From Chiloscyllium plagiosum (Eukaryota), in assembly GCF_004010195.1 (NCBI RefSeq), contig NC_057718.1, positions 63,016,225 through 63,080,224 on the forward strand: DNA of 64,000 bases, in the 5' to 3' direction. Shown here piece by piece: positions 52,405 through 64,000 of this stretch. Made by a program: the position numbers and the translations under genes. The notes under the pieces are model-generated. The model was not told where the DNA came from, ran no database searches, and worked only from the letters and a program-made list of their open reading frames with translations. Positions within the stretch are counted from its first letter, which is position 1; every line of letters starts with the position of its first letter.

Positions 52405-54434
52405 GGTCTTCCAGTTGAAAGAATTGACCCCAACAAAGTGTTGCAGACTGGCAAATTCCAAGGTGCAGGACAATGTGCTGGGGAATTGACTAAAACCTGG
52501 GTTGCTGCCACTAAGATGCATTGGGAAGAAAATCACTTTCTGCCAAAGAACAATGGGGGTCCGTTCAGTTACTGGACTCTCCTGGTGCCTCAGATACATG
52601 TAGATAAGTTCCGAGTACATGACATAATTGAGAAATGCTTTTATTTGTAACTATGAAGAAAGTCAAACTTCAGTGTTTGTTTTCTTCTCTGTACTCAAAA
52701 ATTGTATAGATCTGAATTGCTTTAGTAACTATGTACATGAGGATTTTCTTTCTTATGAATAAAGCATTTTTTAAAAATTAGGCATTTGGAAACTGCATTC
52801 TCTCCAAAGTTATATCGCTAGGTTGTACTGTGTTTAGTCTCTCAACCAAGGAATGGTGCATACTCAAAGGGAGTTAAATGGAGATTAAAAAACACAAATG
52901 ATATAATTAACAATAATCTGCCCAAGGAAAGAAGCATGTTCCCTGATTTATTATACACAACAAATTCTGAAAAGAACTCTATTATTGTAAAATTATATTC
53001 TCTGGTTTACTTAAGGTAAATTGCCTATTTGGCTATGATGCCATCATGCTTCTATCCACATACATAAGCTGATGATTGCAACATATTGCACTGTTGATTT
53101 TATTAGACTGTATTTTTACTCATGCCAAAAATCAAAGAAATATTATTCAAGAATGATTTAACTAATGTTAAAATATTACTTGAGCTCTGTAGAGCAGGTG
53201 CTTTTCTATTTTGAAAGTTTGTTTTGGTCTAAAAAGGAAGGGGACAGCTGCAGTACCTTGATTACAAGAGAGAGACACTAAAGATAGTTGTCTTTTCTCA
53301 AATGGAAGTCATTTCAGACTCAAAACATTAATTCTGTTTCTCTCTCCACAGTTGTGCCACACCTGCTGAGTTCCTCTCATACTTTGTTTTTATTTGGCAT
53401 TTTCCTCTTGTTCATTATTTGTAATTCACTTTTATTCCCTTCTAATTCTTACAGATTCATGTTCAGTTATTTGGTGGAATTTTTAAATTTACACACGAGC
53501 CAATATAAATTTTAAATAATCAAGAAGAGTTAATAACAGTCTGTAATATTTGAATAGTATTGCAAAATGACCCCAAAGTTCATAACTTGGCAAACAGATT
53601 TTCTTTTAAAAGCGATGAGTTATATCCTGAAACAAGAATTTCTTTGGTACTTCTGTATGTTTGGTGCTATCAGATCAATGGCATTAGAACTATTCTGGGA
53701 GATAGTTTTCAAATGTTTAGGATGTCTGTTGAAATAGAATAATTACTTATTAAAATTAAACTTACAATGCTTTCTAAGTTTACAAATATCTAAAGAATGA
53801 TTCTTAAAAGATCCACTGAAACCCACAAAAAGACCTGCAGGTGGTCTGGAGTCAGACTGCTCTACTGTCTCCAGATTAACAATGCTCACCTACTTCACGA
53901 GCTGGAACATTCCAAAAGGTTTTGCAACTGATCAATCAGGTTTTATTCTTACTTGTCAAGGGGTCTTTTTTTTATTCTATGTCTGAAACTATAGTTACAT
54001 TTGAGAATTTGTTTGACTTTTGTATCATGTAAATCAAGATGATAGCTTTACTTAAAAAAATTATAGTTGCTATTTTATTCACTATTTCAGCAATCACAAG
54101 CTCATAGTTATTCTCTACATCTTTCTGGGACAAATGTTAAGCTCTTCTCAATAATCCTTTTAATAAAAAGCCAAAAATATATAATATACAACCTCTCCGA
54201 ATAGAAAACATTCATGCAAGTCTACAATAGTGAAACTTAATGTTAGCAGTTATTTTTGTTGAAAACTGAGGAGATCCATACATTTCATTTTGGGTCCAAA
54301 TGTACCAATAGCCCTCGTGACAGGGCCCTCACGAAGCTGATTGACTGAATGTTTTATTTATTTGGTAATTGGGTTTTGTGGTCTTGAATGCAACTCATCC
54401 TTGTCAGCGTAAAATATATTGTTATGTTTTATAA

Positions 54435-55300
54435 AATTCATTCAGGGAATGTGTGCATTGCTAGCTCAGCCAGCTTTATTTGCCAGTCCCTAGTGCCCTT
54501 GAGAAGGTGATGGTGAGCTGCCTTCTTGACGAGCCATGTGGTGGAGGTAGATGCACAATTCAGTTAGGGAGGGAATTCCAGGATTTTGACTAAAAGGCAC
54601 TGGATGAATGGCAATATATTTCCAAATGAGAATGGTGAGTGACTTGGAGGTGAACTTCAGGTTATGGTGTACCCATATATCTGCTGCTATTTTCCTTCTA
54701 GATGGAAGTGGTCAGTTTTGTGAATTTCTGCAGTGTATTTTGTAAATGGTACATAGTTGCTATTAATTGTTGGTGGTAGAGGGAATGAATGTTTGTGGGT
54801 GTGGTCCCAATCCAGTGAACTGCTTTTTCCAAGATGGTGTTAAGCTTCTTAAATGTTGTTAAAGTGTATTCCATTACATTCTTGACTTATGCCTTTAGGT
54901 ACTGAACAGGCTTTGGGGAGTCAGGAAGTAGTATTGCTGTAGTATTCCTTGTGTCTACCTGCACTAGATCTAGTCCAATAAGTTTCTGGTCAGTGATAAC
55001 CCCCAACTTGTTGGTAGTGAGGGATTCAGTGATGGTAACATCATTGAATGTCAAAGAATTGTTACTAGATTGTCTCTTATTTGGGATGGTCATTGCTGGT
55101 ATTTGTTGGCATGTATGTAACTTGCCTCTTTTCAGCCCAAGTCTGGATATTGTCTAGGTGTGGCTGAATTTGGAATGGAGTGCTTCAATATTTGAAGAGT
55201 TGCAAATGCTGCTGAATAATGTGCAATCATTGGTGAACATCCCTACTTTTCACCTAATGATGGAGGGAAAGTCATTGAAATAGGTGAAAATGGTTGAACA
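54435..55300 (-). mobile_element. Old CR1/L2-type LINE 3' remnant
   Basis: Minus-strand ADDCT-like motif, ITESLT..LGVITDQKL; 3' tail resembling the non-HE1 SINE tail. Confidence 0.65.
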
Positions 55301-57106
55301 GAGGGCAGTAGTGAGAAGCGACTAAAGAAGATTCTGGGAGAAGTCAGTTCACTCACTGCAACTGAGAAGGACAGGATGCCAAAGAACAATTAAATCCCAA
55401 ACAATACGTTACTGTAGTGTTGCGCTCCCTTGATCCAAGAAAAAGACAGAGGAGTTGTGCATGGCTCAGGTCTGGCCTATCCCCCAAAACTGCTCTGTTT
55501 TAGTCACCCAAGCCATCTTCCCTTAATTTGGAAGTCCAAGATGGACCGTATCTGCATGGACTCCATGTATAAAACTTTGGATAAGGATGGGGGGAAAATC
55601 CTGATCAGTGGCACCATGACTGGCTCTGTTGTACAACATGGAGGGTCAAAGTGTGGCACGCAATTATGATACGGGACTTTATAATCAGGGGCACAGCTAA
55701 GCACTTCTGTGCCCAGGACAGATACTCCAGGATGGTGTATTGCCTTCCTGGTGCAGGATCAACCATGTCTCTGAACAAGCACAGGATATTCTGAAAGGGG
55801 AGGGTGAGCAGCAATAATGGTACTCATGACATAGGCAGGAAGACAGATGAGATCCTGCAAAGGGAATTTGGGGAGTTAGATTGAAAGTTGAAAAGCAGGA
55901 ACTCTTTGGTTGTAATCTCAGGATTACAGTGAAGCTTGGAATAGCAAGATAATAGTTGAATGTGTAGCTAAAGAGTTGGTGTAAATGGGAGAGCTTCAAA
56001 TATCTGGACCATTGGGATTTCTTCCAGAGTAGGAGGTTATGCAAGAAGGATGAGATGCAACTACAGTGGAGGGGCACCAATATCCTTGCAGGGAGGTTTG
56101 CTTGTGCCATTCAGGATGGTTTAAATTAATGTGCCAGGGGTTCAGAATCAGAGCAGTAGGTCAGCATGTGGAGTGATTGAGAAGAAGATAGCAGTTAAGT
56201 CAGGTAAGTCTAATAGGAAGAACAGGCAGGGCTAGGTTAAAGAATACAGTCTACTGGCACTCTGAAATGTATTTATTTCAATGCAAGGAGTGTAACAGGT
56301 AAGGCAGATGAGCTTATAGCATGGATTAGTACATGGAACCACGATGTTGTAGCCATTACAGAAATTTAGTTGAGGGAAAGATAGGACTGGCAGCTCAATG
56401 TTCCAGCTTCTAGATGCTTCAGTCATGATAAAGATGGATGTAAGAAGGGTGAGGGAGTTGCATTAATGATTAAGGAGAACATCACACCTACATTAACAAA
56501 GGACATCTTCGAAAGCTCATCCAGCGAGGCAGTATGAGTAGTTCTCAGGAATATACCTCCCAATAACCAGCAGGAGACAGAGATAAATATGTAAGCAGAT
56601 CATAAAAATATGTAAAAACAACAGGGTTGTTGCAGTGGGTGATTTTAACTCCCAAGTATTAACTGAGACTCCCTTCATGCCAGGGGCTTATATAGTGCAG
56701 AATTTGTTAGGTGTACCCAGGAGGGTTTCTTGAAATAATATGTAGATGGAAGAACTGGGAAAGAGGCTGTACTAGACATTGTATTGGGGTACAAGCCTGG
56801 CCAAGAGATCAAAATTTCAGTGGAGGAGCATTTTGGGGACAGTGATAACTATTCTAAAAGTTTTAAGATCAATATGGATAAGGATAAGACCCTCAGTGAA
56901 AGTGCTAATTTGGGGGAAGGCTAATTACAACAGTATTAGGCAAGAACTGGAGCAATTGGACTGAGGGCAGCTGTTTGAGGGTAAATCTACATCTGATGTG
57001 GGAATCTTTTAAAGGTGAGTTTATCAGAATTCAGGACCAGCACATTCCTAGAAGGATGAAAGACAAGAACAACAATATTTGGGGACCCTGAATGACAGGA
57101 GATATT

Positions 57107-57447
57107 GAATCATAGAATCCCTAGTGTTGAAACAGGCCATTTGGCACAAGAAGTCCACACTGACCCTCCGAAGAGTATCCCACCCAGACCCATTCCCCTA
57201 CCCTATTACTCTATATTTCCCATGCCTATTGCACCTAGCCAATACATCCTTGAATGCTATGGGCAATTTAGCACGGCCAATTCACCTAACCTACACATCT
57301 TTGGATAGTTGGAGGAAACAGGAGCACCTGGAGGAGACCTACACAAACAGGTAGAGAATGTGCAAATTCCACACTGGAGGCTGGAATTGAAGCTGGGTCC
57401 TTGGCACTGTGAGGCAGCAGTACTAACCACTGAGAGCCATTGTGCCG
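57107..57447 (-). mobile_element. HE1 SINE, diverged
   Basis: V-domain and head on the minus strand. Confidence 0.85.
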
Positions 57448-57769
57448 AATGTTTAGTCAAAAAGAAAAAGAAACAATAGATTATTGTAAAATTTTGAAAA
57501 CTGAAATCTGACAAGGACCTTGAGGAATATAAAGGAAAAAGGAAAGAGCTTGAATGAGGAATTAGGCGGGCTAAAAGGGGCCATGAAATATTCTTGGCAA
57601 GTAGGATTAAGGAGAATCCCAAGGCATTTTATACATACATTAGGAGCAAGAGGTTAGCTAGGGAAAGGGTGGGTTCACTTGAGGACAAAGGAGGGAATTT
57701 ATGCATGGAGCCAGAGAAAGTAATGAGATCCTTAATGAGTACTTTGCATCTGTATTCACCAAGGATATG

Positions 57770-58711
57770 TGTAACGATGCTGCTCTTTTAACAAGGTTAG
57801 GTTGTCCTTGCTTTTTTTCAGAAGCATTGTAAATGCGTAGATTCTGATGTGTCTGGTTTGGATGGGTTTTAGGCCCAATTTGATTATAGCTGATAGATAC
57901 TGCCTCAGGCAAAAGGCTTTTTAGTTAAAAAAAAGTAAAATGAAAGGGGAGTGGCCAGTTCTCCCAGCTGAGCTTTTCTCTGTTTTGGTTTTAGAAGACA
58001 GGCTGTTCAGAGGTGCTGATCAATTTAAGCTGGGGAATCCAAAGATACAGCTACAGTGGAAGAAGGTTCCATGCTAAATCTCTCTGCTATCTCTCTTACC
58101 TGTAAGAACTGGTATCTGATTTTACCTTTTTGCCAAGGGGATGTTTATGGAGACTGTTGCCGGCATTTGAAACAGCATTATTAAGTTATGTTAGAGTCAA
58201 TAAGATTTTTAAATAGTTAAGTTATTCTATATTGTGTTCTCTTTTGTTTGTGTTTCATTCAGTAATTTTGCAAATAAATTCTGTTTTAGAATCATGGAAT
58301 CCCTACAGTTTGGAAACAGGCCTAACAAGACCACACCGACCCTCTGAAGAGTAACCAATCCAGACCCATTCCCTGAACCAAATACTCTACATTTACCCCT
58401 GACTAATGCACCCAACCCACACATCTGTGAATACCATGTGCAGTTTAGCATGGCCGATTCACCTAACTTACACATCTTTCGATTGTGGGAGGAAATTGGA
58501 GCACCCAGAGGAAACCCATCCAGATACCGGGAGAATGTGCAAACTCCACACAGACAGTCACCTGAGGCTGAAATTGTTTAAAACTAAGTGGTTGGGCCAA
58601 CTGCATTACTCCTGAAATATCCATGTTACGCCTGTTTAAAACAACTAGAAAAGTTAGGGTCCAGACTAGTTTCTTGAAATGTTTTGAGGGGGTCTGGCCA
58701 GGTCCATAACA
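57770..58711. mobile_element. Solo LTR containing an HE1 insertion (58289-58575, minus)
   Basis: TGTAAC...ATAACA termini; flanks TATG/CATG (4-bp duplication, one mismatch); the CR1 resumes exactly after it. Confidence 0.8.
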
Positions 58712-59502
58712 CATGGATGATGGTAAGATGAGTGAGGGGTATTTTGATATTTTAGGGGAATTTGATATTAAGGTGGTGGTGGTGTTGGGTGTCTTGAAAA
58801 ATGTTAAGGTAGATAAGTCCCCTGGGATCTACCTCAGGATACTGAGGAAGGCTAGGGAGGAGAGATTGTTGAGGTTTTGACAGATTTTTGTTTCCTCTTT
58901 AGCCACAGTCAAGATCCCAGAAGACTGGAAAATTGACAATGTTGTTCCTTTGTTTAAGAAGGACAACAGCAATACTCCAGGAAATTATAGACCGGTGACA
59001 CTTGCACCAGTGATAGGAAAATTATTGGAGAAGATTCTTAGGGATAGGCTTTATTTGCATTTGGAAAAGAATGGACTCATTAGACAGCATAAGGAGGTCT
59101 TATCTCACATACCTGATGAGTTTTTTCAGGAAGTGACAAAGACACTTGCTGAAGGTAGGACAATGAATGCTATCTACATGGATTTTACATAAGCATCTGA
59201 CAGGGTCCCTCATGGTAAACTGGTCCAAACATTTGTCATATGTTGAGTTGGCAAGTTGGATACAGAATTGGCTTGGTCATTGAGGATAGAGAGTAGTGGT
59301 GGAATGGTGTTTTCTGACTGAAGATCTGTGACCACGAAAATTAGTGCTGGGACATGTTTTTTATAAATTTGCAGATGACATGAAAGTTGGTGGAGTTGTG
59401 AATAATGAGGAATGTTGTCAGCAGGATATTGATCAGTTGTAAAGTTGGGCAGAGAAATGGCAAATGGACAAATGTGAGTTGATGCATTTTGGGAGGTCAA
59501 GT

Positions 59503-60177
59503 GGAGTCATAGAGTCAGAGATATACAGCACAGAAACAGATCCTTTGGTCCAAGTCGTCCATGCCGACCAGATTTGCTAGATTAATGTAGTCCCATTTGC
59601 CAGCACTTGGCTCATATCCCTCTAAACCCTTCTTATTCATATACCTATCTAGATGCCTTTTAAATGTAATTGTACCAGCCTCCACCACTTCCTCTGGCAG
59701 CTCATTCCATACAAAAGCCACCCTCTGCATCAAAATGTTGCCCCTTAGGTCCCTTTTAAATCTTTCCCCTCTCACCCTAAACCTATGTCCTCTAGTTCTG
59801 GACTCCCCCACCCTAGGGAAAAGTCCTTGTCTATTTACCATATCTATGCCTCTCATGATTTTATAAACCCCTATACAGTCACCCCTCAGTCTCCGACACA
59901 CCAGGGAAAACAGCCCCAGCCTATTCAGCCTTTCCCTATAAATCAAACCCTCCAACCCTGACAACATGCATGTAAATCTTTTCTGAACCCTTGCAAGTTT
60001 CACTACTTCCTTCCTATTGATGGGAGACCAAAATTGCACACAACATTCCAAATGTGACCTAACCAATGTCCTGTACAGCTGCAACATGACCTCCGAACTC
60101 CTATACTCTATGCTCTGACCAATAAAGGAAAGCCTCCCAAATGCCTTTTCACTATCCTATCTACCTGCGACTCCACT
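59503..60177 (-). mobile_element. CR1 3' end inserted antisense into the older CR1
   Basis: ORF 59515-60087 LQLYRTLVRSHLECCVQFWSP; 3' UTR. Confidence 0.92.
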
Positions 60178-60758
60178 TAAATGCAAAAGTATACAGTAAG
60201 TGGCGGGACATTTACGAGCATTTATGTGCAGAGGGATCTTGGGGAACAAGTTCATAACTCCTTGAAAGTGGCAACACAAGTGGATAAAGTGGTAAAGGAG
60301 GTAAACAGCATGCTTGTGTTATGAAGATGTGGCTGTACTGTACCTTTAAAAGAGTTGAAAGCTAGCAGTGACAGCACCGTGTTCTCAATAAGCTACAGTG
60401 TAATGGGTGCTCCACCTACTAGGGTAGCTGGTTGCCTGAAATGACAAAACAGATTTAAATTAGACCAATCAGTTTACATTATACCCTGAAAAATACCAAA
60501 CTCCAGTCTAGTTTGAATTTAGTATATTGACAATCTTAAAAGCCAATGACACAATCTGATACTTTGGGGCAATAAGACCAGGGAAAATTGAACAGTTGAG
60601 AGGAGAACTGCCAAATTACCAGTGTGTAAAAAGACTGCCTGAAAAATAGCTCTCTTAAAAGTACTTTTATCGATCAGTAACCTGTTAAGCAGAATCCCTA
60701 AGAAGAAAAGAAGACACAGGAAGATCCAAATAGAAGAACGAACGCTGCCTGGTTTTGA

Positions 60759-61172
60759 TAAGATTAGATTCCCGACAGTGTGGGGACAGGCCCTTTGGCC
60801 CAACAAGTCCATACTGACACTCCGAATAGTAACCCACCCAGACCCATTTCCCTCTTACTAATGCGCCTAACATTGTGGGCAATTTAGCATGAAAATGTTG
60901 CTGGAAAAGCGCAGCAGGTCAGGCAGCATCCAAGGAGCAGGAGAATCGACGTTTCGGGCATGAGCCCTTCTTCAGGAATTCAGAAGGCAATTTAGCATGG
61001 CCAATTCACCTAACCTGTACATCTTTAGACTGTGGGGGAAACCGAAGGATCCAGAGGAAACCCACACAGACATGGGGAGAACGTGCAAACTCCACACAGT
61101 CGCCCAAGGCTGGAACCGAACCTGGGTCCCTGACTCTGTGAGGCAGCAGTGCTAACCACTGAGCCACCATGT
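60759..61172 (-). mobile_element. HE1 SINE split by a Penelope fragment (60892-60985)
   Basis: Duplication GGCAATTTAGCATG at 60878-60891 and 60986-60999; hammerhead core 60948-60975 (minus). Confidence 0.88.
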
Positions 61173-61315
61173 AACCCCATGGCCAAAACAAAAGAAGTTT
61201 TGTTTTGTAAATCTTAATTGGGAGTTTTATCAGACTTATATTATAGAAGGGAAGGTAAAAGATAGGTTAGAGTAAGGAATTGTAAATAGTTGTTAGTTAA
61301 TTATTCTCTGTTATA

Positions 61316-61627
61316 CAGGAACACAATCCTTTATCTGAAACCCTCAGGGCCAGCTGGTTTGTGGAATTCAGAATTTTTCAGATTTCGAATAAGTGACAGT
61401 TTCACGGAGAAATAAAAAATCTTACCAAACAGCAGATGCACCTGTGAATACTACAAGTCCCGAGACAGAATTGACGCCTGCCAGTGCTGGGCCACGCCCC
61501 CATCTGAGTGATGTGGGTCAAGTGGGTGTGGAGTTGGGTTAACTGTTTGCATGCCAAACAATCTTGTTATGGAGAAAAAAGCGTCACGAAAAGAACTTTG
61601 GATTTCGGATAAAGGATTGTGTACCTG
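61316..61627. mobile_element. Tc1/mariner (pogo/Tigger-like) MITE
   Basis: 25-bp TIRs CAGGAACACAATCCTTTATCTGAAA / TTTCGGATAAAGGATTGTGTACCTG, flanked by TA on both sides. Confidence 0.9.
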
Positions 61628-62652
61628 TACTTTAAGAAATAAAGTTGTTAATTTTAACTTTAATTCTTGGCTTCTCGAATTTTCACAGGTTACTGCACGG
61701 GATAAATCTTTTGTGTTGCTGGTTTTAAATTAAGCAGGAGAGTTTACCCCCTGTCATAACAGTTGACATCATTGATTGGTGCACTGAGTATAAAAGCTGG
61801 CAACTCATGTTGTCAATGTTTAAAACTTCGTTAGGCCATATTTGAAATACTGTGCGCAGTTCTAGTTGCCACATTATGGGAAGGGTGTGGAGGCTTTGCC
61901 GAGGGTATAAAATAGGTTTACCAGGATATTGCCTAGATTTAAGAGTATGAAGTATAAGGGGAGGTTGGACGAAACCTGAGTTATTTTGGCTAAAGTGTCA
62001 GAGACTGGGGAGTGATCTGATGTCTGTTCCTTGAAAGTAGAGTCCCAGGTAGACAGAATAGTGAAGAAGTCATGTGGAATGCTTGCCTTTATCGATTAGT
62101 GGATTGAGTAGAGGAGTTGGGAGATCATGTTGTGGCTGTACATTTCATTGGTTAGGCCACTTCTGGAATAGTGTGTGTAATTCTGGTCTCCCTGCTCTAG
62201 GAATTATGTTGTGAAACTTGAAAGGATTCAGAAAAGATTTACAAGGATGTTGCTAGGGTTGGAGGATTTCAGCTATAGGGAGAGGCTAAACAGGCTGGGG
62301 CTGTTTTCCCTGGAGCATCGGAGGCTGAGGGGTGACTTTATAGAAGTTTACAAAATCGTGAGGGGCAACTCTGGAAATCGCCAACCATCAATATAAAAAA
62401 GTCCCAATTTCACTTATTCCTCCCCCTCTTAAATAAGGTCCCCTGATCCTATCCTTGCTAAGACCAATTCTTTCGGGCTGGACTAGAAAATAGATTGGGG
62501 GGTGGGGGGGGGGTCAGGTCGGACACAACTTGAGTGAAAGGAAAACCAAATGTATATAAAACACTCACATCTGGCCGGCTGAATTCCTCAACACTCAGTA
62601 GTGAAGGACTTCAAGGCTCTTCCACCGCTGTCCACAATCCATCCGTGCCGAA

Positions 62653-63073
62653 CCACAAGTCACGGTATCAAATGAAGATCTGAATCCCCAGGAGGGACAT
62701 CTCAGTTTCTCAATCAGGCAAAAGAATCACTCGGAATGCAGTCTGTTTAAAGCAAGGTTACCAGTTTAATAAAATAAGGCAGCCTGGTGCAGATTTGTCC
62801 AGCAACACAGAGGTTAAAAGCTTCTGTATTCCACGGAGAAATCACACAATTACATTTGAACTATAAGCAATTTTTATATGTTTTTAAGACAGTACAGCCT
62901 TAATTACAAGGAAAGACCAATCAAATGTAATAAGTTGACATGATTGACAGCAGGTTAATCACCTTTTTAGGTGCTTTTCCTTCGGACATCTTCCTCCAGA
63001 AGTGTTTCAGCCCTTCAATAAGCAGTCATGGCCCCAAGTCGAAATGAAATATTTTTGAACCCCCATTTCCACA
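62653..63073 (-). mobile_element. ERV 5' LTR with tRNA-His-like primer-binding site
   Basis: Reading the minus strand: TG start near 63073, CCAAT box (62917), TATAAAA (62872-62878), ATTAAA (62765-62770), CA end at 62673, TT spacer, then TGATACCGTGACTTG, versus the His PBS TGGTGCCGTGACTCG. Confidence 0.65.
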
Positions 63074-64000
63074 AGAACTGGCCAATCCCCTGCTGATATT
63101 GGTAACCGTGCTGCTGAATGTAGCTACAAAACAAGCCGCTCGCAACCTTCTTATGATTGTGCCTAAAATGATGAGTCAGACTGAAAGCTCTGACAAGAGT
63201 GGGTCTACCTTGGATAAATTAATGCCAACCCATTCAAGATATTGTTACTTTACAGAGGGACGCCTCTTAATCTGAAAGGCAGTTGTGGTCCAAAGCCGGC
63301 TGTTGTTGTAGTCCTGTTACTAAACTATGGACCACTCCAGCTGGATAGATTTGTATGTCTGATGGTCTTGCTTTCTGGGTCATTGATTGTCTTCATAATG
63401 CTACACACTGTGATGCTCACTCAACGTCTGGTCTGCTTTTAAACACTTGGTGGCATCCACGCCTCCAACAGATGGCCCAACAAGTAAGTGATGGATGCCT
63501 CACCTGCCAAGAACACAATCCGGGGAAGGGTATTCCTTGTCCTATGGAACAGACACCTTTTCAAACTCTTCTACTTGATTTCATTGAATTAGAAAAGTGT
63601 CAAAACTATAAGTATGTTTTGGTTGTTGTTGATTTTTTTCTCTAAATAGGTTGAAGCTTACTCTATTTCCAAGGCTACTGCCAAAACTGTTGTAAGTATC
63701 CTACTTACAGAGATTATTCCCTGCTTTGGTAGCCCCTTTGTCTATCTTCTGACAATGGTCTTCATTTTACTGGTGACATAAGTGAGGAATTATGCTCTCA
63801 ATTCAGCATCCGCCATCAACTTCATTGTGCTTATCACTCACAGGCTGCAGGTCTTGTGGAGCATTGTAACCAGACTTTGAAAACTAAACTCGCAAAATTA
63901 ACTTGAGACAGGCCTTTTCTGGGTTAAACTATTGCCTCTGGTTCTGTTTTACCTATGCTGCATTCCTGCTGGTAGAACTGGCTTATCCCCTGCCGAATTA
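63074..64000 (+). pseudogene. Endogenous retrovirus pol remnant (RNase H end plus integrase), class I / epsilon-like
   Basis: GNRAAE..TKQAA, LHNATH, WWHPRL..CLTCQEHNPGK, PFQTLLLDFIEL, YKYVLVVVDFFSK*VEAY, EIIPCFG, SDNGLHFT, HCAYHSQAAGLVEHCNQTLKTKLAKL; stops and frameshifts; runs off the window end. Confidence 0.9.

Larger units (their letters stand above)
50780..52780 (+). mobile_element. Tx1-like (L1 clade) LINE, 3' half of ORF2 plus 3' UTR, decayed
   Basis: SICDQFELA..KVNRGKSEAMFFGN, YLKMLGIWF, FIWKSK, C-terminal zinc knuckle CP*SSCGENETIIHLLLEC, AATAAA at 52758; a second fragment lies at about 55460-55605. Confidence 0.8.
60317..61761. mobile_element. Solo LTR containing HE1, a Penelope fragment and a MITE
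   Basis: Perfect 8-bp terminal inverted repeat TGTTATGA...TCATAACA; flanks CTTG/GTTG. Confidence 0.8.
55620..62368 (+). mobile_element. Long old CR1 (ORF1 esterase to ORF2 C-terminus) fragmented by nested insertions; ends in a second CR1 fragment (62020-62368)
   Basis: Collinear motifs CLPGA, THDIG, LKCIYFNARSV, GDFN, RIKENPKAFYTYI, NYRPVTL, IYMDF, KFADD, QRDLG, YCAQF resume after each insertion. Confidence 0.85.

Overview
Repeat-dominated vertebrate genomic DNA, almost certainly from a shark or other elasmobranch. The basis is the many HE1/V-SINE copies and HER1-like CR1 LINEs; a bamboo-shark-type (orectolobiform) genome is plausible but is only inference. I could not identify an intact host protein-coding gene, and nearly all ORFs in the supplied track are retroelement debris or its antisense frames. 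The window holds many CR1 copies, HE1 SINEs, Penelope-like elements (one long remnant plus many short fold-back insertions with 10-14 bp target duplications and hammerhead-ribozyme cores), an L1 retaining its 5' end, a Tx1-like LINE, four solo LTRs and two Tc1/mariner-type MITEs. The most notable items are: (i) a decayed Ty1/copia pol (RT + RNase H, GalEa-like motifs) at about 13.3-15.2 kb on the minus strand, which the ORF track does not reveal; (ii) an endogenous-retrovirus locus at 62.4-64 kb, with a minus-strand LTR plus tRNA-His-like PBS abutting a plus-strand epsilon-like RNase H/integrase remnant; (iii) the main non-repeat CpG-rich island at about 42.1-42.65 kb, with divergent YY1 motifs, an RFX X-box and splice donors, likely a bidirectional promoter of unidentified transcript(s). 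There are two assembly gaps (9026-9084, 48155-48424). All calls were made by eye and most boundaries are approximate.
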